A stretch of 57,549 nt of DNA, filler included, from Rhizaria sp. SCN 62-66 (Eukaryota): the NCBI GenBank assembly GCA_001724265.1. It is 2 parts of 2 records of this genome, joined end to end, with 100 filler letters (N's around TTAATTAATTAA, not from the genome) between each part and the next. Parts side by side here need not be neighbours in the genome. Positions count along the whole stretch, not along the records: positions 29,465 to 57,549 come from MEDY01000391.1; 1 more part is not named here. One strand, given 5' to 3'. This document shows positions 49,211-57,549 of the stretch, in pieces. A program made the position numbers and the translations under genes. Within the stretch, counting starts at the first letter, position 1. Each line of letters begins with the position of its first letter. The notes beneath the pieces were generated by a model, which saw only the letters and a program-made list of their open reading frames with translations, was not told where the DNA came from and did no database searches.

Positions 49211-50266
49211 ACAAACTGATATACTCCTAGACTGATTACAAACTATGTTGTTGTTGTCCGCAACAGATTGAGGACATGCATAATGTTGCATGCACATGAA
49301 TGCAGGCAATGTACGGATATGTATGCAGGCCAGATGCTGCTGTTATTGTTATTGACACTTTACTACTTAGGGCCATCATTTTGTCATCATACAATGAGAC
49401 TTTTTGAAACACACAAGTTTTGTAACGCCGCATCAGTCGTCTCAATGCATGGTTGGAGCTGATAAATTGAAGAGAGAGTTATGAATGTATTGTTTAAAGT
49501 AATATATTGGAATGAATTCATGTCCGAGGAGATGTACGTGAAAACGTAAGGAGGAGATAGGTAAAAAGAAGCGAAGAAAAACGAAAAAGACGTTGTAGCC
49601 TTGTTGCTGGTCACTGTTATTGTCAGACCACTGTTACGATGCAATCTTGATGATGTTGCTGTTGTTGTTATTGATGTAGTTCTGTTCTTGTTTGCTGCAA
49701 CACTGTCGCCGTTCGAAGGTTTAACTCAGATACTAGTGCAAGTCCCTGGTGAAGTGAATAGACCCGAACAAACGAAGCAGAGAGAGAGAGTTATTAATGC
49801 CAAAAACAAAAACGGTTCATTTTGAATCAAAACCAAAGGAGTGTGATATCGTTATAGAATAGATCACAAAAAATCGAAACGATAGGCAGGATAGGGAGAA
49901 TAAGCAAGAAAAAGATAGTGGGAGCAAGTACTAGCACAGTCACGAACAGTTGCAGCACATCAGCAACACAAACAGACAAGAAAGGCGGGCAAACAAGATC
50001 AAAGATAAAACGATCAAAGCAGCAAACAGCAGCAGCAACAGCCGCAGCAGCGGTGACACGGAAAACCTGAACAGATAACGCAGATAAACCAAACAAGAAC
50101 TGGCAAGATAATAAAATAGGATAAGCTGAAAAAGAAGAGCAAGAGCAGCAGCGGCAGCAACATCAAGAACGAGCGATAGGAAGCAAGCGCAAAGAAGAGC
50201 ACTGATTCTACACAGATATAAAAAACAGAGTCAAGACTTAGCCCTCCAAGATCGGTTTCTTATGCT

Positions 50267-53200
50267 TTACTTGGTTGACGCCAGCTTGGCCCTCTTGACA
50301 ACCTGGCTGACTGTATCACTCTCCGCAGCAACCGCGACACCGCCTGTGCTGATCGCATGTGGCTTAACTAGCGCGTCGGCGGAACTCGTGACCGTGCGCA
50401 CCGTGTTTCTACTCACCGTCGCCAGTGGTCCCGAGGGAGTACTCGCCGCGTTGGATGTGTTAACAGCGTTGGCAGATGTTGAAGGGAATGCAGCATGCAA
50501 GGCGCGGGCAGCCGACGGCTTCACATTGCTGACGATATTTGAGGTCATGTGACTCGGGCTGAATGCACCGGACGTCACACTGGCACCGCTCCCAGTGAGA
50601 TTCGCGTTATTAATCACGCTGTTGGTAGCCTTGCCCGGCGTCAAACCAGGGTTCACACCAAGATTCGCGCTCGCGTTGTTGGTGTTGCTGCTGTTGTTCA
50701 GAGCGTTGGATTGTGACAATGTAGGAAACGGTGAGGGGAATGGAAACGCTGACCTCAACGCAGAGCCTGGCATTACGCTCAATCCTGCATTGTTCGCCGC
50801 CGCGGCCGCCGCCGCAGCAGCAACAGAGATCAGGTTGTTACTATGAACCGAGGGCGGGGCCGTTCGGCTGTGTAAGTGTGTCGCGGGCGTGTGACGCACA
50901 AGCGGGGTGCGGACACCGAGCGCGCCACTTACATTCACGCCAGAAGTACTTACATTCGCGACAGTCGGAGCAGCACTATTGGCGTTGTTGTTATTGTTGT
51001 TATTGGGGAGAGTCAGCCACGAGCGGCCTGCCCCGAGGGGCGAAGTTAAGCCGCTAGCAGTTGCTAGGCCGCCGCGCGCGGAAGCTAAGCCGCCCGGAGA
51101 CAGTGGAGTCGCAACACTGGTGGCATTAGCATTGTTCATATTCATCGGTGCAATGCTGTTGTTGTTGCTGTTTGCAGTGTTCATCGCAACGCCAGCACCC
51201 GCGCCGGCGCCTGCGCCTGCGCCAGTGCCAGGAACAGCCTTGGGCCTGATAGCGCGCAGGGCAGCCGCAGCGGCGACGGCCGCAGCCGCAGCGCCGGCAG
51301 CGACGCTTGCGCTGGTGCCAGAGACAACGGTGTTAGGGGCTGGAGCAGGGGATAAGAGCCCGCTGTTGCCACCACTCGCTGTGGCAGTCGCATTCGCGCC
51401 TCCGGGAGGAGTGTTGCTGCTGTTGAGATTGCTGTTGTTGTTGTTGGTGTCGCTGCTGGTGCTGCTGCCACTGCTGTTGTTGCTGTTGTTGGTGTTGCTC
51501 GAAGTCAACGGGTGCGCGCGCAAACCGAGCCCGAGAGCGCCGACCCCGACACTAGCGCTGCTGCTGTTGCCGCCGCCATTGCTGCTCGTCTGGCTATTGC
51601 TATGACTGTGGCTGGGCGGCATCGGACTGCTACTGGCCGAGTGACCGTGAGCGGCCACAGCCGCCGCCAACCGCCCGGCACTCGCGGGACCCATGCTATT
51701 AACTCCAGCGCCAGCGCCGCTGTTGGCGTTGTTGCTGCTGTTGCCGCCGAGGCCCTTGAGCCGGGCAACGGTCGCGGCGGCGGCGGCAGCGGCGCTGGCG
51801 GCAGCGTTGGCCGCTGCGCTGCCGGCCGTGCTCGTGCTGCCGCTGTGGTTGTTGCTGCTGTTGTTGCTGCTGCTGTTGTTCACGGCGGAACCAGCGCTAT
51901 TGGCGCCACCTGTGCGGCTATTGACGCCCAGAGCCCCATTGTTGTTGTTGCTGTTCGCAGTGTTGGTGTTCATTATCGTCATGGATACAGGCATTGACGC
52001 GCTGTTCGCACGACGATGGTGACCATGACCGTGACCATGAGCGGCGGCGGCGGCGGCTGCTAGGTGGCTGTTATTGCTACTAGTGTTCGCGTTTAGACCG
52101 CCAAGGGTACTTAGACCGCCCGCAGTGGCGGCTAAGTAGGCCGCCGCGGCCGCGCTGTCTAACGCAGTGAACGCCGGCGTTGTCGCCACCGAGCCCGGAG
52201 CGCTGACACCGGCACTGACACTCACGCTCGTGCTGTGCGGATTGCTAGTGCTTGTGTTGGTGTGAAGCCCATTGTTAGTGAGGGCGGCGTAGGTGGCGGC
52301 GTTCATGGGCAGGAACGAGCCGTGATGCATATGTTGATGCGGATGCGGATGCTGATGCGGAGTGTGGGCAGCGACTGAGTGACCGTGGGCAGCAGAGGCG
52401 CTGGTGCTGTTGCTGTTGTTGTTGTTGCTCATGGTTGCGAGACTGTGTAAGTGTAGGTGCGACTGCAAATGCGACGGCAGCTGCAACGGGTGGCCGTGAG
52501 CACCCGCATTGTAGTTGCCCAAGTGACCGTGGGCAGCAGCAGCGGCCGCGGCGGCGGCGTAATGGCCAGCCGCCGCAGTGCTGTAGTGGCTATGATGCAG
52601 CGGGCTAGAGCTCGGACTCAGCAGATTACTACTCAGGGCAGCAATATTGCTACTATTGGTCGAGCTTGAGTTCGCGTTCGTGTTATTATTATTGTTGTTG
52701 TTGCTGCTGACTGCAGAGGTGAGGGCCGCGCGTGCCGCAACGGCAGACACGCGTGCACGCCTCGGCCGGTTCGCGGGGCCCGACGTGAATCCGCCCCCGG
52801 CCGCCGCGTCGCCACTCTCGCCCGCGCCGTCACCGGCCGCACTGCGCAAATGACTGTGAGCACCGGAGGCCGCCGCGGCAGAAGCAGCGTTGTTGCTGTT
52901 GACGTCGACGCTGGCGCGGCGCGAGCGGGCACTCACACCAACACCGCCAGAGGTACTTACATTCGGGGTCGCGGCCGCAGCATTCGTTGCACTGGCACTG
53001 GAGCTAGAGCTGCTCACTGCTGCAGTAGCAACAACACTGTTGTGGTTGCTGCTGCTGTTGTTGTTCGCGTTTACAGCAGCAGCAGCGTTGCTTTTGCCGC
53101 CGCCCTTGCCACGACCACATTTGCCGTTTTTGCAGAAAACACAGCGACATGCGTCTGAACACTCGACGCCAGCGTCGTAGCACTCGCAATACTTCTTGAT

Positions 53201-54563
53201 ACAACCCGTTTTCTTGCAGTGGCAGCCCTTAGGGTGCTTCACCGCAGTCGCCGCTGGGGTGCCTGTAGTACTCGCGGTGGTGCCAGAGGTACCTGTGGTG
53301 CTCACAGTCACGCCGTTCGCGTCAACAGCACTCGCGCTGGAGCTCGAGCTCAAGTCGGTCGCCGCAGAAGCAGAAACAGAAGCAGAGGAAGAGGCGCTGT
53401 CTGTGGTAGTGGAGCCGTTGTTCGCAGCGGCGTTAGCAGGAGCAAGGGCGGGGCCAACGAGCTCGCCGGCACTAACACTGGCGGTACTTACATTGGCGCT
53501 GTTGCCAGTCTCGCCATCGGCCATGGCAGATGTCGTGGGAACGTCGGTGGAGCCGAAGCCGTTGCGGAAAAAGGCCTCAGGATCACGCAGTAAAGCCTTT
53601 TCAACAGCGGCCAGACTAAAGGGGTAAAAAGTTACAAAACAGGAGATATAGAGCACAAGATGAGACCAAACGAGTCTAAAAATGAATCAACAAACAAAAC
53701 ACGGCAACTACTATTTAGGTTCAACATATTGAGTGAAGTGAGTGTTATATGCGGCCTATAGAGAGAGAGTTAACGCACCGAGCAGAGGAGTCTGCGTGCG
53801 TGTTCTTGCACCCAGTGCAGGCGCAATCATCACCACAAACGCCATTACGGGCGAAACACTCGCAGTACAGTTTCAAGCACTGGGACTTGCGGCAGCGGCA
53901 GCCGCGGTGGACGGTGACCGTGGCCGCGGCGGCGACAACGGCGGCGGCGGCAGCGGCGGCGATGGCGGCCGCATCAGGCTCAGCAGCCGCAGCCACAGCC
54001 GCATCGTTGTCGTCGTTGTTATTATCATCAGTAATGCTCGCGTTGCCGGAGCTATGACTGTGGCTATTGCAGCCGCTGTCCTTGCTGTCATCGTCGTGAT
54101 CGTGGTTATGAGAGTGACTATGAGCAGGAGCAGCAGTAGCGGCATCAGCAGCAGTCGCAACAGAGTGACTGTGAGCGTGAGTCGACTCACGGTCACTGCT
54201 CTTGACAACGCTGCCGCTGCTGCCGGTACTGTTTGCGGTAAGCAAGGCCGATGCAACGGGGGTAACCGGGGTGGCCTCGCCTTCAGCGGCCGCGGCCGCG
54301 GTCGCAGCAGCGGCCTCCGTCTCGGTCGCGGTCGCCGTCGCAGGCACAGCTCGAGCACTTGAGGCAGAGTCACTGGAGGCAGAAGAAGGCTCTGCCTGGG
54401 AGTCAACACGAAGTGCGACTGCAACAGGAGCGGGGGCCACGGTAGCCATAACAGTGGCAAGGCCAGTGGCAGTGGGCGCGGCGGCGGCGGCCTCAGGCCC
54501 AGAGCTGGGGAGAGTCGCCGGTGGAGCCTCCGTGGAGAGGGCAGCAGGAGCAGACGCACTCAT
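50267..54563 (-). CDS. Tesmin/TSO1/LIN54-type CXC (CRC) domain protein with long low-complexity regions, 2 exons
   Basis: Exons 54563-53779 and 53615-50267. CXC1 [34 protein letters not shown], hinge [16 protein letters not shown]2 [37 protein letters not shown]. Terminal KRAK may be an NLS. Confidence 0.9.
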
Positions 54564-55891
54564 GCTAAATCAGCCACAGCGCGGCGAGACGAGCGCTGAT
54601 AGACGCGAAAAAGCGCGAGAGGGTGCTGAAGAAGCAGAGGCGGGCGGCGGCAAGACGGTGCAACGCGGCGCGGCTGCGGCGGGGCAGGAGAGTGAACGGG
54701 AGCTGGAGTTGGAGCGAGCGCAGCGGGAGGGCTGGGTCGCGTGTAAGAGGGGGCTAGAAGGAGAAAATACAGCACGAAGATGACGCAGGAAGAACGCGAA
54801 ATTTGAAGGAGGAGGATAAAAACGCACGGGAAAAACGGGAAAAAGCGCGTAAAGACAAGAAGAAGGACCGGGAAGGACTGGTGAGGCGAGGTCTCGAGGT
54901 CTGGGTTCATATCAAGCCGGGGGGTGGCGGAAATAAAAGTGTGAAAATGAAGGCTTAAACGTTTTTGCTAATCTCTGCAAGCGCAACGCCACGGTAGCCT
55001 ATGTCATAATAAGGTGGGAATTTCAAGCGAAGCACTGGGCGTGCTGGAATAACGGCACACGGAGCGCTGGGAGGCGGCCGATGCTTGTCACTTCGTCGCG
55101 GGGTCTAAGGCTTCGCCGTCTTGGCTTGGTAAGGGGGCACCCTACAAGACAAGGCGGTTGAAGCCCTAAACAAAACCAGACGCGTGCAAAAAATGAATAT
55201 GATAATCTACACTCAGTGTCGTACAACATATCCAAAATCGGGACCCAACGAAGGCGATTTCGGGCCGTGCAGCTTTGTGAGCGAGAGGCGACTAGACTTG
55301 AAATCGCGAGCGCTGGGCCGTCGAAAAAAATCGGCAAGACCGTGATTTTGCAGTCCTCTGCACGGGATGAGATGAAATTAAAATTATGGTGTAATTTCGC
55401 CCGCAGGTGCAGACAGAGGTGATCTTGTTATTTATTGCTAAACAGCGCACTATTACGCGCGAAACTCCCGCTCCGCAATACCCTCAAATCATATCAGATT
55501 TCGCTCTCTTCCAGACGCAGCGAGGCGGCAAGCGAGCGGGGCGAGCAACGGGAGGCCAGCACACAGAAGAGGCCTGCTTTGGAGCAACGAAAGTGTGCAT
55601 AGTGAGCGACGGGTGAGCAATAAAGCAATAAAAACAGTAGTACAAGATAGAAAGGAGTTGTTATCACAAGTTGAGTTGTATTATAGAATCAAGGCTTGTG
55701 CCTATTAGTCTCAAACCTGGGTTTGGCGAGCTGCAACATCGTTTGCTTCGGCAGCAAGGAGACGCCGCGTCTCACTTAAAAGGGGGGATATTGCGTATCA
55801 AACAGCACACATCATCATCATCAACATCACCATCAAGCGCGTTCCCCAGTTCCATCATCAAACATAGTTTCCGTTTTGTTCGACAAGGAGC

Positions 55892-56581
55892 TTAGAAGAA
55901 CTTCTTGGCCTCCTCCTTCTTGGCGGGGGCAGCAGCCTTCTTCGCAGGAGCAGCAGCCTTCTTGGCACCGCCCTTCTTCTGGCCGGGCTTCTTCATGGCC
56001 CACGCAAGGGTCTTCTTCATCTTGGCGTAGGCGTTGAGGAGCTTGGCACCACGGGTGAGCTTCTTGCGCTCGGTCTTGGCGGCACTGGGGCGCTTCTCGA
56101 ACGAGAGGTCGTAGGCCATCGAGATGATCTTGTCGTCGACGTCATTGACAATGGGGGGCAGCACAGCCGCGGGGGGCTCGACGCGGAAGAACTTCAGCTG
56201 GCGGTTCGCGTTCTTGAGCTCAGTGCCGGAGAGGATGTGGTCGTCGAAGATGAGCGCGGGGCGGATGGCGCCGCCGGTGTACTGCGAGCTCTTGGCGTTG
56301 GTGGGCTTGAAGTCGGCCACAACGGGGGGAACGGTGGCGTTGGACAGCACGGGGGCGCCCTCAAGCTCGAACTCGGCATCAGCCTCGGCGTCAACCTCGG
56401 CCTCGACGTCGACCTCGGTCTCCATCTCGGCGTCAGCCTCAGCCTCGAGCTCGGCGAGCATCGACGCCTCAGAGTCAACCTCAACGAGGGAGACCAGGGG
56501 GTCAGCATCGGCGTACGTGGCAAGCACGGCCGACACACACACCAGCAAAGCGACAAAGATAAACACCAGACGGGAGTTCAT
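55892..56581 (-). CDS. Unknown secreted protein (signal peptide, acidic pro-like region, Lys/Ala-rich C-terminus), 229 aa
   Basis: ATG at 56581. Hydrophobic leader MNSRLVFIFVALLVCVSAVLA; E/D-x alternating tract; KKAAAPA repeats; ends KKFF. Codon bias resembles highly expressed genes. Confidence 0.8.
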   Translation of the reverse strand: MNSRLVFIFVALLVCVSAVLATYADADPLVSLVEVDSEASMLAELEAEADAEMETEVDVEAEVDAEADAEFELEGAPVLSNATVPPVVADFKPTNAKSSQYTGGAIRPALIFDDHILSGTELKNANRQLKFFRVEPPAAVLPPIVNDVDDKIISMAYDLSFEKRPSAAKTERKKLTRGAKLLNAYAKMKKTLAWAMKKPGQKKGGAKKAAAPAKKAAAPAKKEEAKKFF

Positions 56582-57291
56582 CGTCACTCTCTACGTACAA
56601 AGCGAACAAACGACACGGGAAGGTACAAAGTGAGACGAAAGCAAAAAGCAGGGGCAGTCACAGTCCTCCAGGACCTAAAGAGGCCCTTCGAAGCAGGTGA
56701 AACAGGGGCAAAGCGACCAGAGGGCGTCTTTGGAAATACCCACGAAATAATTCGGGACATGAACTATCATAACAATTAACTACAAAGCGATAACACCACG
56801 CCAACATCCACTCAACACCATTTCAGATCGCCCCAGAAGGAGGGTCGTCTAAGGGTTGGTGCTGCCCTTACAGGGTGACCGTGAGCAGGGGACAACTTTC
56901 GACCAATGACCGAAACCAATGACCAACATCGATATAAATGCCTCCATACGAATGTTTTTACTTCATGCGGAAGTTTTGGTTGTATATGAAGATTATACGC
57001 ATTAGAGCTGATCAACGCAATTTATTATTTTTAGCAACGGAGGTTGTTCGGATCATCTATCAGTCTGCTTTAGAGAGCGAACCAAGATGTTGATTCGCTT
57101 TGCGATACATTAAACACTCACGATGACAAGGGTGGCAATGCGATATGGGGTTAAATATAGGATATTACATAGTTCAAGACGTATGAAGCATTCCAAAGTA
57201 AGTAGTAGAGGAGCATTGCAGAGCATATGAAAGGGTGTTTGTGTAGAATGCCGAGACTTTATAAGTTTACCCAAGAAAATGAACAATCAAC

Positions 57292-57549
57292 TTAGATGGT
57301 GATCTCGCCAGCCTTGATAGCCTTCTGGACCTCACGGGGAGTCTTGCCGTCGATGGTGCAGCCGATGGAGACGGCGGTGCCGAGGACGGAGAGGACAGTG
57401 CCGACCATCTCCTTAGCGAGGGAGCGGGGGCGGATCTCCTTGGCAATGGACAGAACGTCGTTCATGGAGATGTTGCCGTTGTGGAGGATGTTCTTCTCCT
57501 TCTTGCGGTCACGCTCGGGCTCCTTCAGGGCACGGATGATGAGGGCGGC
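57292..57549 (-). CDS. RPL12: 60S ribosomal protein L12 (uL11), C-terminal part (5' part outside window)
   Basis: Reads [85 protein letters not shown]. Confidence 0.96.
   Translation of the reverse strand, partial: AALIIRALKEPERDRKKEKNILHNGNISMNDVLSIAKEIRPRSLAKEMVGTVLSVLGTAVSIGCTIDGKTPREVQKAIKAGEITI

Noticed and set aside
2-57549. Possible UAG reassignment, since none of the 14 stops is TAG
   Set aside because: No in-frame TAG occurs in any modelled exon and the sample is small, so there is no positive evidence.

Overview
Gene-dense nuclear DNA of a flagellated protist; the lineage cannot be assigned from the sequence alone. Exons are GC-rich, spliceosomal introns are short and AT-rich (about 116-272 nt), and the standard genetic code applies. 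An artificial 100-nt linker (N44-TTAATTAATTAA-N44, 29365-29464) joins two contigs. Genes in order: 3' end of ATP synthase F1 beta; a 15-exon DNAH6-like inner-arm dynein heavy chain; eIF3e; a cathepsin L-like protease; an RGG-PPR-TrmB (PPR-TGM type) fusion; a truncated Ser/Gly-repeat gene; a coiled-coil plus Crinkler/RHS-type P-loop NTPase; a ~2660-aa protein fusing a degenerate SLC1/DAACS transporter domain to an intact AGC kinase; SPRYD7; a DHHC palmitoyltransferase; CDC73; a tesmin/LIN54-type CXC protein; an orphan secreted protein; and the 3' end of RPL12. The best candidate for a new system is the transporter-kinase fusion, a putative single-chain transceptor. The second is a dominant non-standard 5' splice-site consensus, GTACG (26 of 33 introns). 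Exon boundaries and family assignments were made by eye from recalled motifs; no database search was run.
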